Origin: an uncultured bacterium
Lineage (GTDB): Bacteria; Patescibacteriota; Saccharimonadia; UBA4664; SCTI01
Direction: 5' to 3'
DNA: 64,000 nt
Assembly: GCA_963721685.1 (NCBI GenBank)
Contig: CAVRJJ010000001.1
Span: 68,555 to 132,554 of the forward strand
The position numbers and the translations under genes are program-made. The notes beneath the pieces were generated by a model. The model worked only from the letters and a program-made list of their open reading frames with translations, was not told where the DNA came from and did not search any database. The stretch's first letter is position 1. The number at the start of each line of letters is the position of its first letter. Shown piece by piece: positions 17,609 through 29,946 of the stretch.

Positions 17609-18079
17609 ATGGATATTGAACAAGCAATTCGTGACAACCTCGAGCCAACGGTACACATGTCGCTGGCAACATCCGCGAATAACAAGCCATGGGTGTGCGA
17701 GGTGCATTTTGTCTTTGACGAGGATCTCAACCTCTATTTTCATTCATCGCCCTCACGCCGGCACAGCCAAGAGATCATAAATAATCCTTATGTGGCCGGC
17801 AATATCGTCCGGCAGTTTGCGCAGGGCGATAAAATTGCCGGCGTGTATTTTGAGGGTGCAGCCAGGCAGTTAGGGCCGGGTGAGGAGCAGTTGAAAGCCT
17901 TTGAGTGCTACAAAGCGCGTTTGGGCATGAGCGACAATGCGCTTGAAGACACCAAACAGGCCGACAAAGGACAGTTTTATAAGATAGTAGTTGAAAATTT
18001 TTATTTCTTTGGGTGGCTGGGTGATCTACCGCCGAAAAAATACCAACTTGCATGGAACGGCGGGAGTAAGCGAATTTAA
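17609..18079 (+). CDS. Pyridoxamine 5'-phosphate oxidase-like FMN-binding split-barrel protein
   Basis: MSLATSANNKPWVCEVHF, SRRHSQEI..NPYVAG. Confidence 0.87.
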   Translation: MDIEQAIRDNLEPTVHMSLATSANNKPWVCEVHFVFDEDLNLYFHSSPSRRHSQEIINNPYVAGNIVRQFAQGDKIAGVYFEGAARQLGPGEEQLKAFECYKARLGMSDNALEDTKQADKGQFYKIVVENFYFFGWLGDLPPKKYQLAWNGGSKRI

Positions 18080-18183
18080 GACCGCACCATACCGCCATTT
18101 CGGTGCAGAATCTTGATGAATCATTATCCTGACGGTGTGTGGGTTGAGGTGGTCAAAGACGACCGTTACCTTTAAATCCGGTA

Positions 18184-19974
18184 CTACTTCTTAGGGTCGT
18201 GGTAGCGGGTAATGTCGGCGTGATTGGTTGGGTTCGGTGCCGGGGAAGGGGGCGGTACCGAAGGATGCGCGGGTGTTGGAGGCATTATGTTATCCTCCGG
18301 TGATTCAACGTGGTTCAACCGGTCACGGGCACTTTGCAGGGGGTGTTCTTCCAGCGGGGCGGTTTCATAGTGCGGCGCAGGCGCGACCGTGGTGGTACCG
18401 GGTACCACTCCTGGTGTGGGTTTGGGAATGTAAGGGTTTCCGGCACTGGCGAGCGGGCCATTAGTATACATGGTTTCACTTTGCCGGCGGCGCATCATAA
18501 CGATGAATCCGCCCACGATGGCCGCTACTGCCGCGGCCAAAAGGATCCAAAGCCAGGCGCTGCCGCCACTTTTCACCGCTGCAAGGACCAAGGGCTTTTC
18601 AATTTCAAGGGTGCGGATATTTTGCTTTTCATCTACTGAAGAGTTCAGTAAGGAAGCCTTTTTACCGGTTACACTGACTATCTTCATTTTAGCGGCAGCT
18701 TGTTTGCCGGAGGCTTGGAAAACCACCCTGATTGGATTTTTATATTCAGTAATTTCATCGCCGGACTTATTTTTACAGGTGAGCGAGTTGGGTTTAATCA
18801 AACTGTTCTTGGGCGGAATAACGCTGCTTTCTGACACCGCGCAGGACAACTCTTCGCTAAATGTCCCGGCGCTAATCTCGTAGCACACGCTGTTATTGTC
18901 CGAGCATATAGTAGTAGCTTCCTCGGGAACAACATTGGCTTCAAAGTCGTTTGTTGCCAGTTCTGTAGTGGCGTATGGGCTGGCATTGCCGGCCGCATCG
19001 ATGGCCGCCACACGATAGTAGTATTTGGTGGCAAATTCAGTCGAGATGTCATCAAAATTAGCGGTTAAGCTTTCTTGAAGCACTACCCATTCGTCACCTC
19101 CAAGCGAGCGCTCAATTTTGTAGGTTGTCGCGTCACTAACCGTGTCCCAGGTAAGGGATACCACGCCGCTATCTTGGGTTGCTGCAAGGTTCTGTGGAGT
19201 TCCCGGCGGTGTTGTATCTGGTGCGGGCGCTGGTGTTGTTGGCTTAGTGCTGACAAACGGAATAGTGATCCCTCCCAGATTCGGTCTTGGCGTAGGACTA
19301 GGGGTTGGAGCGGGTGAAGGGCCGGGCTGAGGACTGGGGCTCGGGCCAGGAGGAGGCGGCGGCCCAGGTGGAGGAGGCGGCGGCCCAGGTGGAGGAGGCG
19401 GCGGCCCAGGTGGAGGAGGTGGAGGAGGTGGTGGTGGTGGTGGAGGTGGAGGAGGAGGAGGCGTCGGATCATCATACGTCATGTAATAGTAAAAAGGGCC
19501 GTTTGCGCCGCCATTGGTTAGTGTAAACGAATTGCTATTTACCTTATAAGGGGAGCCTGGGTGCTCATAATATCCGCCTTTAATCGCGTAGTAAATATAG
19601 TATTGCGCGGAGGAGCCGGGTGGGTTGGTCCCCGAAACCGGACACGTATAAAATACGGATGCCCCGTCACCATTGGTAATAGAATAGGCTCCATTACCGC
19701 TTGAAGATGACCGGCAATACCATGAAGCGTCTGGACTACCAAGCGAGGAACGTATTCTAATATCAACATTTGGAATTCCGCCACCGTGAACTGGGTCTAC
19801 AACATATAAAATCACATAATTGTTCCAGGCTGTAGGAGCGTTGTTGGCAAACGAATTGTAAACAACATATGTTCCCGTAACTGCCGATACTGCGGCAATA
19901 AGAAAAATCATCGCGGCATTCAAATGATGCAGCGACATGAGCTTGACTGACTTTTTGCTCCGCTTCATATGCAA
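18184..19974 (-). CDS. Surface protein: N-terminal signal/TM, Tyr/Gly/Ser-rich domain, poly-Pro linker, fibronectin type III domain, C-terminal TM and Pro-rich tail
   Basis: PQNLAA...VSLTWD...YKIERS...YYYRVAAIDAAGNAS FN3 pattern; hydrophobic helix followed by RRR. Confidence 0.85.
   Translation of the reverse strand: MHMKRSKKSVKLMSLHHLNAAMIFLIAAVSAVTGTYVVYNSFANNAPTAWNNYVILYVVDPVHGGGIPNVDIRIRSSLGSPDASWYCRSSSSGNGAYSITNGDGASVFYTCPVSGTNPPGSSAQYYIYYAIKGGYYEHPGSPYKVNSNSFTLTNGGANGPFYYYMTYDDPTPPPPPPPPPPPPPPPPPPGPPPPPPGPPPPPPGPPPPPGPSPSPQPGPSPAPTPSPTPRPNLGGITIPFVSTKPTTPAPAPDTTPPGTPQNLAATQDSGVVSLTWDTVSDATTYKIERSLGGDEWVVLQESLTANFDDISTEFATKYYYRVAAIDAAGNASPYATTELATNDFEANVVPEEATTICSDNNSVCYEISAGTFSEELSCAVSESSVIPPKNSLIKPNSLTCKNKSGDEITEYKNPIRVVFQASGKQAAAKMKIVSVTGKKASLLNSSVDEKQNIRTLEIEKPLVLAAVKSGGSAWLWILLAAAVAAIVGGFIVMMRRRQSETMYTNGPLASAGNPYIPKPTPGVVPGTTTVAPAPHYETAPLEEHPLQSARDRLNHVESPEDNIMPPTPAHPSVPPPSPAPNPTNHADITRYHDPKK
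19349..19463 (-). repeat. Poly-proline coding repeat (21-bp GPPPPPP units plus CCN runs)
   Basis: Tandem GGCCCAGGTGGAGGAGGCGGC units followed by GGA/GGT triplets. Confidence 0.9.
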
Positions 19975-20075
19975 ATAGTATATATTAAAACGGTTATGCT
20001 ATCAAACGATGTTCTGTTAAGCCAACAGATAGCCATGTATAATTTGGAGGTTACCCACAGCATAAGCATACGTTT

Positions 20076-20149
20076 GGCACCTTGGCGGAGTGGTTACGCA
20101 GAGGTCTGCAAAACCTTGTACACCGGTTCAATTCCGGTAGGTGCCTCCA
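20076..20149 (+). tRNA. tRNA-Cys(GCA)
   Basis: GAGGT-CTGCAAA-ACCTT anticodon arm, discriminator T, CCA. Confidence 0.96.
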
Positions 20150-20236
20150 GGGAGAGTGGTGGAATGGTATACACGGCGGACTTAAAATCCGCTGCCTTAA
20201 TAAGGCTTGAGGGTTCGAGTCCCTCCTCTCCCACCA
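20150..20236 (+). tRNA. tRNA-Leu(TAA)
   Basis: GCGGA-CTTAAAA-TCCGC anticodon arm, long variable arm, CCA; abuts tRNA-Cys. Confidence 0.96.
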
Positions 20237-20317
20237 TAGTTGAAGTTACTGCTTGGTACTGCCAAAAGCTTTTAAAAACTGCTATAATAAGGTCCTAACA
20301 ATAAGGATATATTTTTG

Positions 20318-20872
20318 ATGGAACTTTGGATTGTACTCGGAGTCATTGCGGTTATAGCAATTGCCTTGATCGTTATTTATAACGGTTTAGTGGGCGCGAA
20401 AAATCGGGTAGATGAGTCGTGGAGCGATATTAATGTCCAGCTGAAACGGCGCTATGACTTAATCCCGAACCTGGTAAACAGTGTCAAGGGCTATGCCACC
20501 CATGAATCAAAGGTGTTTCAGGATGTAACTACAGCCCGCAGCGCGGCCATGGGAGCTACCTCGGTTCAGGAAAAAGCCAAAGCTGAAAATATGCTCGCTG
20601 AAACTCTGAAAAGCTTGTTCGCGGTAAGTGAAGCTTACCCCGACCTAAAGGCCAGCCAGAATTTCCAGCAACTTTCCGCTGAACTGGTTGATACCGAAGA
20701 TAAGATTCAGGCAGCCCGGCGCTTTTACAATGGGAACGTCCGCGACTTTAACACCAAACTGCAAGTATTTCCTACCAATTTAGTAGGCGGCATGATGGGC
20801 TTTAAAGACCGTGAGTTCTTTGAGGCGGAGAACCAAACGGATATTGAAAAGCCGGTAGCTGTTCAGTTTTAA
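20318..20872 (+). CDS. lemA: LemA family protein
   Basis: WSDINVQLKRRYDLIPNLV, EAYPDLKA, ARRFYN. Confidence 0.96.
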   Translation: MELWIVLGVIAVIAIALIVIYNGLVGAKNRVDESWSDINVQLKRRYDLIPNLVNSVKGYATHESKVFQDVTTARSAAMGATSVQEKAKAENMLAETLKSLFAVSEAYPDLKASQNFQQLSAELVDTEDKIQAARRFYNGNVRDFNTKLQVFPTNLVGGMMGFKDREFFEAENQTDIEKPVAVQF

Positions 20873-20890
20873 GGAGATCATGAGCTAGTC

Positions 20891-21385
20891 ATGGAAGATA
20901 TTACTAAGGCCTACTCCTGGAAAGATTCACTGGAGCTGTCAAAGCAGATCGTGCAACTATGTGAAGAATTTAGTGACGTGGAAACCAATGTCTTAGTATG
21001 GCATCTGCGCCAAGCGGTGGTGGATATTCCGGCAACGGTCGCGGCTGATTTAGCATCCAATCGCGGTGCTAACCTTGAGCCTTCAATTAAGTTGATGGCA
21101 GAGCTCGAGTTGGTGCACAAGATATATCCGGGTATCGATACCAGTGGCGCCGAGGACTTGCTGAAAAAGTTGCTCGAACGCATGCGCTCGGATCGGTTCG
21201 GTGAACGTGAAACCGATCCAGAGGAAACATTTTTCCCCGACTCAGATGAACAGGCCGAAGACGGACACCAAGACGACTCCCACCAAAACCCTCCCGAGAT
21301 GGCAACCCTCAAAATGGACGGGGTAAGCGGCCAACCGGTTATTACCAGCATTGACCCCACCCAATCAAATCACCACGAAGGCTGA
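20891..21385 (+). CDS. Divergent four-helix-bundle (23S rRNA IVP-like) protein with acidic tail
   Basis: SWKDSLELSKQI...LVWHLRQAVVDIPATVA resembles the W...LRRAAVSIPSNIA family pattern. Confidence 0.6.
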   Translation: MEDITKAYSWKDSLELSKQIVQLCEEFSDVETNVLVWHLRQAVVDIPATVAADLASNRGANLEPSIKLMAELELVHKIYPGIDTSGAEDLLKKLLERMRSDRFGERETDPEETFFPDSDEQAEDGHQDDSHQNPPEMATLKMDGVSGQPVITSIDPTQSNHHEG

Positions 21386-21388
21386 TTA

Positions 21389-22279
21389 ATGTATACTCAA
21401 ATTGCTTCTAACAAACGAAAATCATTCTTATTAGTTACCGTCTTTGTGATCCTCATCTCGGCGTTAGGCTATATCTACAGCTTGTATGCCAACCAGCCCG
21501 CTATATTTATCGCCGTCAGCGTTTTTGCATTACTTTATAGCCTGATAAGTTACCGCTTTTCAGCCAACATTGCGTTGGCTATCGCTGGTGCCCGGCCGGT
21601 TGAAAAGCAGGACGCGCCGGAGCTTTACCGCTTGGTAGAAAACCTGTCAATTACCGCCGGTTTACCAATGCCTAAGGTCTATATTATGGATGATCCGTCT
21701 CCCAACGCCTTCGCTACCGGCCGCAACCCTAAGAATGCCGTAGTGGCGGTTACTACCGGCTTGCTGGCGCTTCTGGATAAGCAGGAGTTGGAAGGAGTGA
21801 TAGCCCACGAACTTAGCCACGTGGGGAATTATGATATTCGTTTTATGGCAATTGTGATGGTGTTGGTGACGGTAGTCTCGATGATCAGCAACTTTTTCCT
21901 GCATATGAGTTGGTTTGGGGGCGGGCGCCGCGAAGGCGGGGGAAATCCGATTGTGGCGATTATTGCTATTGTGGCGTCATTATTGGCGCCGCTGGTTGCC
22001 GCTTTGTTGCAGTTGGCCGTTTCGCGCAAACGTGAGTATCTGGCCGACGCGTCCGGAGCCTTATTAACCCGTTATCCGGAAGGTCTTGCCAGCGCGCTGG
22101 AAAAAATTGCGGCGGCTAGCGAACGCCAACCTATGGCCCACGCTTCTACCGCAAATGCCCACATGTATTTTTCCAACCCCCTTTCGGGCGCCAAATCGTT
22201 TACCGCAAGTTTATTTAGCACCCACCCGCCGGCCGAGGAACGGATAAAGCGGCTACGTGAAATGGGCACAAAGGTATAA
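21389..22279 (+). CDS. htpX: M48 zinc metalloprotease HtpX
   Basis: PNAFATG, AHELSH, SRKREYLADA, FSTHPP. Confidence 0.95.
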   Translation: MYTQIASNKRKSFLLVTVFVILISALGYIYSLYANQPAIFIAVSVFALLYSLISYRFSANIALAIAGARPVEKQDAPELYRLVENLSITAGLPMPKVYIMDDPSPNAFATGRNPKNAVVAVTTGLLALLDKQELEGVIAHELSHVGNYDIRFMAIVMVLVTVVSMISNFFLHMSWFGGGRREGGGNPIVAIIAIVASLLAPLVAALLQLAVSRKREYLADASGALLTRYPEGLASALEKIAAASERQPMAHASTANAHMYFSNPLSGAKSFTASLFSTHPPAEERIKRLREMGTKV

Positions 22280-22281
22280 GC

Positions 22282-25052
<2,771 letters not shown>

Positions 25053-25115
25053 TCCGCGCCTATTCAGGGCAAGTCAGCTTTGCTCGGTTAAGCCAAAATC
25101 GCTACAATACAAGGT

Positions 25116-25412
25116 ATGGCAAAAATAACGGTTGAAGAAGTGCGGCGCATTGCCGCACTTGCTACTATAGGACTGGAAGAACATGAGCTTGAGCCGATGG
25201 CCCGGGAGCTTGACCGTATCATGCAGTTTGTGGAGCAGCTCCAGCAGGTTGATACCACCGACGTAGTAACTACAGACCAAGTAACTGGCCTGGTTGATGT
25301 CTGGCGTCCGGACGAAGTGCATTCATCTTATAGCAGAGAAGAGCTCCTGGCCAACGCCCCTGAGCAGCAAGACGGTTTTTTTAAAGTAAGGCGGGTGCTG
25401 GAAAATGATTGA
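25116..25412 (+). CDS. gatC: Asp/Glu-tRNA amidotransferase subunit C
   Basis: EEVRRIAALA..., LANAPEQQDGFFKV; precedes gatA. Confidence 0.95.
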   Translation: MAKITVEEVRRIAALATIGLEEHELEPMARELDRIMQFVEQLQQVDTTDVVTTDQVTGLVDVWRPDEVHSSYSREELLANAPEQQDGFFKVRRVLEND

Positions 25413-26829
25413 TTTGCAACGCCCAGTAGCCGAGCTGGCAGCTGAAGCGGCGGCGGGCAAGATTAGCGCTACCGAGTTGGTACAGGCAAGTTTGGACGCG
25501 ATTGAGGCGAACCAGGACTACCACGCAATCCTTGAGGTAAATTCGGAAGCGCTGGCGCTTGCTAAAGCTTGGGACGGGCAGCACAAAGCGGGAAAGAAAC
25601 CGGGACGCCTTGGCGGCATCCCCTTTATCGCTAAAGACAACTTTCTTACGGCCCGCACCCATACCACAGCGTCCAGCAACATCTTGAAACCATTTAAGGC
25701 CCCGTACCAATCCACCGCGGTTGAGCGGATTGAAGCTGAAGGCGCGATTATGGTGGCTAAGGCCAATCTTGACGCCTTTGCGCATGGCTCATCAACTGAA
25801 AACAGCGACTTTGGCCCTACCAAAAATCCCGTTGACCCCTCTAGGGTGCCCGGCGGCTCTTCCGGCGGCTCGGCGTCGGCGGTAGCGTTGGGTCTTGCTT
25901 GCTTTGCCCTTGGAACCGATACCGGCGGCTCAATCCGGCAGCCAGCGGCTTTTTGCGGCGTGGTTGGGTATAAGCCAACCTACGGCTTAGTATCGCGCTA
26001 TGGAGTCATTGCCATGGGCAGTTCGGTAGACGTTATCGGCCCCCTAGCCAACCGGGTGGCCGACGCGGCCTTGGTGCTTGATGTAATGGCCGGCAAAGAT
26101 GCCCATGACGCAACCACCATTGAAAGGGATACTGAAAGTTATGTGCCCCAGAAACCGATTGATCTGCATGGAAAAAAAATCGGCTTAATCAAGGAATACA
26201 TGGGTAAAGGGACCGCGCCCGAGGTATTAGCAGCGGTTACCGCGGCGGCGGAGCGGCTAACCAAAGCCGGTGCCACCGTTAGTGAGATTAGCCTACCCAG
26301 CGTAGATTTGGCACTAGCTTGTTATTACGTGTTAATTCCAGCCGAGCTTAGCTCTAATTTAGCCCGCCATGACGGTATACGGTATGGCCACAGTTCAAAA
26401 AAGGCCAAGTCGCTAGCGGAAACCTATCTTCTTAGCCGCGATGAAGGTTTTGGCGATGAAGCTAAGCGCCGTATTATGATTGGCACCTATGTGTTATCCA
26501 GCGGGTATTATGACGCCTATTACAAGAAAGCCCAAAAGGTACGCACACTGCTTATTCGTGAGCTTGAAGCCGCCTTCAAGAACTTTGATTTTCTATTGAG
26601 TCCCACTGCCCCAACCACCGCTTTTAAGCTAGGTGAAAAAAACCAGGACCCGCTCGCCATGTATATGAGTGATGTTGATACGGTGGCGGTTAACATGGTA
26701 GGCTCAGCCGGAATTAGTATTCCAGCGCCGGTTAACGGCCTTCCTATTGGCATCCAGCTTATCGGACCCCAGCACGGCGACCGTAAGCTGCTGGCGGCGG
26801 CACAAGCGCTTGAGGAACTGCTGGTATGA
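25405..26829 (+). CDS. gatA: Asp/Glu-tRNA amidotransferase subunit A
   Basis: Amidase signature PGGSSGGSA, GTDTGGSIRQPA; LSSGYYDAYYKKAQKVR. Confidence 0.97.
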   Translation: MIDLQRPVAELAAEAAAGKISATELVQASLDAIEANQDYHAILEVNSEALALAKAWDGQHKAGKKPGRLGGIPFIAKDNFLTARTHTTASSNILKPFKAPYQSTAVERIEAEGAIMVAKANLDAFAHGSSTENSDFGPTKNPVDPSRVPGGSSGGSASAVALGLACFALGTDTGGSIRQPAAFCGVVGYKPTYGLVSRYGVIAMGSSVDVIGPLANRVADAALVLDVMAGKDAHDATTIERDTESYVPQKPIDLHGKKIGLIKEYMGKGTAPEVLAAVTAAAERLTKAGATVSEISLPSVDLALACYYVLIPAELSSNLARHDGIRYGHSSKKAKSLAETYLLSRDEGFGDEAKRRIMIGTYVLSSGYYDAYYKKAQKVRTLLIRELEAAFKNFDFLLSPTAPTTAFKLGEKNQDPLAMYMSDVDTVAVNMVGSAGISIPAPVNGLPIGIQLIGPQHGDRKLLAAAQALEELLV

Positions 26830-27266
26830 GCGGCTTTCTATTCCTCGTTATCATCCTGGGAGTCGCCTTGTTAACACTCATGGTTGTTAGCCAATCGAGG
26901 CCAAATCGCAAGCGCTCGGCGAACGGTTCGCAAAGCGCTGGGTCGCTTGATAAAGAGTTTGTGGCGCGTAAATGGGAAACCATTGAGCAGCTATTAACAC
27001 AAGGGGGCAGCGGTATGCGCGACGCCGTGAGCGAAGCCGACAAGCTGCTGGATTATGCCTTAAAGCATTCAGGTGTCCGCGGCGATACCATGGGTGAACG
27101 CTTAAAAAATGCCGGAAACCGGTTCAGTGATATTAATGCTATTTGGAGCGCCCATAAGGTACGTAATGCCTTGGCCCATGAAGCCGATTTCGATTTGGTT
27201 CCCAGCCAAGCCAAAGAAGCGATTAGCAATTTCCGAGCCGGGTTGAAGGACTTGGGCGCGCTATGA
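26826..27266 (+). CDS. Hypothetical protein with N-terminal membrane anchor
   Basis: EADKLLD...GDTMGERLK...WSAHKVRNALAHE helical domain; ATGA-coupled on both sides. Confidence 0.8.
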   Translation: MSGFLFLVIILGVALLTLMVVSQSRPNRKRSANGSQSAGSLDKEFVARKWETIEQLLTQGGSGMRDAVSEADKLLDYALKHSGVRGDTMGERLKNAGNRFSDINAIWSAHKVRNALAHEADFDLVPSQAKEAISNFRAGLKDLGAL

Positions 27267-27847
27267 AAACGATTTATTACGTTAGGCACGGCCAAAGTGA
27301 AGCCAACTCGCGCAAGCTGTTTGGCGGTTCAATGAATACACCTCTTACGGAATTAGGACGTGAGCAAGCAAAAACTATTGGGCACACTATCCTTGAAGGC
27401 GGATTCAAAGTTGACGCGGTGATCGCCAGCACCCTTGATAGGGCATCGGATACCGCCCAGCTGGCCGCCGCGGAATTCAACTTCCCTCTCGACAAAATCG
27501 AGTATGACGATCGGCTTCGGGAAATTAATTGCGGTAAATTTGAGGGCCAGGAGTTCTCACCGGATAACATAGTAAAACGCGACGCGGAGTTTGTCATTGA
27601 AAACAATCAGTCCGGGGTGGAGTCAATAGGGCCGTTACTTAATCGATTGCGCAGCTTTAAAAGCGATATTGAAAAGCGGCCGGAGGAGACTATCTTCATT
27701 TTCAGCCACGCCTTTGTTGGGCGGATGTTCCAACGCCTATTTGCCGACATTGAGCTAACTAAAAAAATACCCTTTCCTAAAAACGCCACTTTGCTTCAGC
27801 TTTATCCGTCGGTTGAGCTTGAAGATACGCAGGATCTGCTGTTATGA
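27263..27847 (+). CDS. Histidine phosphatase family protein
   Basis: VRHGQSEAN, STLDRA, LREINCGKFEG, FSH. Confidence 0.92.
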   Translation: MKTIYYVRHGQSEANSRKLFGGSMNTPLTELGREQAKTIGHTILEGGFKVDAVIASTLDRASDTAQLAAAEFNFPLDKIEYDDRLREINCGKFEGQEFSPDNIVKRDAEFVIENNQSGVESIGPLLNRLRSFKSDIEKRPEETIFIFSHAFVGRMFQRLFADIELTKKIPFPKNATLLQLYPSVELEDTQDLLL

Positions 27848-29307
27848 GCAAGTATGAAACAGTCATTGGGATAGAATGTCATGTGCAGTTGGCTACCAAG
27901 AGTAAACTTTTTTGTTCGTGCAATAATGATTCCCGCGATGCTGAGCCAAATAGTAACGTTTGTCCGGTATGTCTCGGATTCCCAGGTGCATTGCCGGTGT
28001 TGAACGGCGCGGCGGTACACTTAGCACTCAAGGCTGGCTATGCCCTGCACGCTTATGACAACGTAGCGGAATTTCACTCGAAGTTTGACCGCAAAAATTA
28101 CTTCTACCCGGATAGCCCCAAGAATTACCAAATCACGCAGTTTGATGAGCCAATTGTTGGGACCGGATATGTAGAGTTTCCGGTTGATGGCAAGGTTAAG
28201 CGCGTAGGAATTACCCGGGCTCACCTGGAAGGTGATGCCGGGAAGCTGGTTCATCCGCCTGGCGCGGACTATTCCCTAGTAGACCTTAACCGTTCGGATA
28301 CACCGCTTCTAGAGATTGTTTCCGAGCCGGATATGCGCGGGGCGGCCGAAGCTAAAGCTTACACGCAAGAGCTTTACAACTTAATGCGCTACGCCGAGGT
28401 TAGTGACGCTAACTTGTACTACGGTAACATGCGTTTTGATGTGAATGTCAGCCTAAGGCCCGCCGGTTCGTCTGATTTTGGTACACGCACCGAAACCAAA
28501 AACCTTAACTCGTTCCGGGCAGTGTCGGATGTAATCGAATATGAAGAAAAGCGGCAGGCCGATTTGCTCGACCGCGGTGAAAAAGTACTTCAGGAGACGC
28601 GAGGATGGGATGAAACTAAAAATGCTACATTCTCCCAGCGCAGTAAAGAGCAAGCGCATGACTACCGCTATTTTCCCGAACCTGACCTACCGCCTCTGGT
28701 TATAACTGCCGATATGTTAGACGAAGCCAAAAAGTCCATGCCCGCTGTAATGCCTAACGATCTGCGCCTAATGATGGGTGAGGCTGGTATTGGCACCTCC
28801 GACTCGGAGACACTCATTGGAGACTTGGCGCTTTCACATATTTTTCAAACCGCCACCGACAATCAAGACCTAGCGGTAAAGACCCAAATTGTAAAATGGC
28901 TACTGGGTGAATTCCCGCGTTTGCTCACCCCCGGAACGGCGGTTGAGCTTGAGCAAGCTTGGGTAGATAAGGTTTCAGTTTCACTAAGGGCCTTAGCGCT
29001 CATGCAGCAGGAGGGGACGGTAAGTTCTACGGCCGCGAAGCAAGTGCTGACAAAGCTGGTTGAGCAGGGTGGGGGAGATCCGCGAAAACTTGCCGACGAA
29101 ATGAAGTTAATCCAGGTTTCAGATACCGGCGCCCTAGAGAAGATAGCCGATGAAGTATTGGCCGCAAACCCGAAACCGGTTGACGATTATAAAGCTGGAG
29201 AAACCAAGGCGTTAGGCTTTTTGGTCGGACAAGTTATGAAAGCCTCAAAAGGACAGGCTAATCCGCCTATGGTTAATGCTATACTAAAAAAGAAACTAGG
29301 AGATTAG
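27844..29307 (+). CDS. gatB: Asp/Glu-tRNA amidotransferase subunit B
   Basis: IGIECHVQL, FDRKNYFYPD, DYRYFPEPDL, GQVMKASKGQANP. Confidence 0.97.
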   Translation: MSKYETVIGIECHVQLATKSKLFCSCNNDSRDAEPNSNVCPVCLGFPGALPVLNGAAVHLALKAGYALHAYDNVAEFHSKFDRKNYFYPDSPKNYQITQFDEPIVGTGYVEFPVDGKVKRVGITRAHLEGDAGKLVHPPGADYSLVDLNRSDTPLLEIVSEPDMRGAAEAKAYTQELYNLMRYAEVSDANLYYGNMRFDVNVSLRPAGSSDFGTRTETKNLNSFRAVSDVIEYEEKRQADLLDRGEKVLQETRGWDETKNATFSQRSKEQAHDYRYFPEPDLPPLVITADMLDEAKKSMPAVMPNDLRLMMGEAGIGTSDSETLIGDLALSHIFQTATDNQDLAVKTQIVKWLLGEFPRLLTPGTAVELEQAWVDKVSVSLRALALMQQEGTVSSTAAKQVLTKLVEQGGGDPRKLADEMKLIQVSDTGALEKIADEVLAANPKPVDDYKAGETKALGFLVGQVMKASKGQANPPMVNAILKKKLGD

Positions 29308-29310
29308 CAG

Positions 29311-29877
29311 TTGCCAGCCATAGATTTTAACCCCCAAACCCTGCTTGAGCCGGTAACCCTTAACGTTAGTGGTGTGATTGAAAAAATACCGGGGGCCATT
29401 GTCGCCTTAGCGCTGGGTATACTGGTTATCCGGGTGATCTCTCTTGTGGCCAGTTGGCTGCTTGGCTTTATAAATATGCCAAAAGGACTTAAAGGAATCT
29501 TGGTGTCGCTGATGGACGCGCTGCTGATGATTTTCCTGGTTATTATTGTTCTGCAACAGCTTGGTTTGGGCTCATTGGCATTCGCGCTTTCGGCGTTCCT
29601 AGCCGCTATCGGAATCGCGGTTGGTAGCGGTTCAGCTACACTGGTAAGCGACGTCTTAGGCGGGATAACCTTGGCCCGGGACCGTAACTTTAGTATTGGG
29701 GACATAGTTGAAGCCGGTGAGGAAAAAGTTCATGGTGAGATTATCAGTATGGATATGCGCCGGACCCGTATTCGTGACGATAAAGGACGGATTCACAGCT
29801 TGCCGAACTCGGTGGTAGAGCGCAAAGCCTATACGCTCATTACCAAAAAGCGCGACCGCGCCGACCAAAAAGGGTAA
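29311..29877 (+). CDS. Small mechanosensitive channel (MscS) family, short form
   Basis: 3 TM helices then FSIGDIVE...GEIISMDMRRTRIRDDKG...LPNS. Confidence 0.85.
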   Translation: MPAIDFNPQTLLEPVTLNVSGVIEKIPGAIVALALGILVIRVISLVASWLLGFINMPKGLKGILVSLMDALLMIFLVIIVLQQLGLGSLAFALSAFLAAIGIAVGSGSATLVSDVLGGITLARDRNFSIGDIVEAGEEKVHGEIISMDMRRTRIRDDKGRIHSLPNSVVERKAYTLITKKRDRADQKG

Positions 29878-29946
29878 CAGGTACACCGCTTGGGCTTGCA
29901 TAACGAGCATATTGTGCGGATACTAGAAGCGTAACAAGGCACAACT

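Noticed and set aside
19349-19463. Tandem repeats as a CRISPR array
   Set aside because: No unique spacers; they encode in-frame poly-proline and there are no cas genes.
19969-20298. ORF-track ORFs spanning tRNAs (also 9970-10152, 10015-10200, 10262-10468, 56126-56326)
   Set aside because: They overlap well-formed tRNA genes and show no protein motifs.
20891-21385. DGR accessory (Avd) gene marking a diversity-generating retroelement
   Set aside because: No reverse transcriptase and no template/variable repeat pair differing at adenines was seen in the window.
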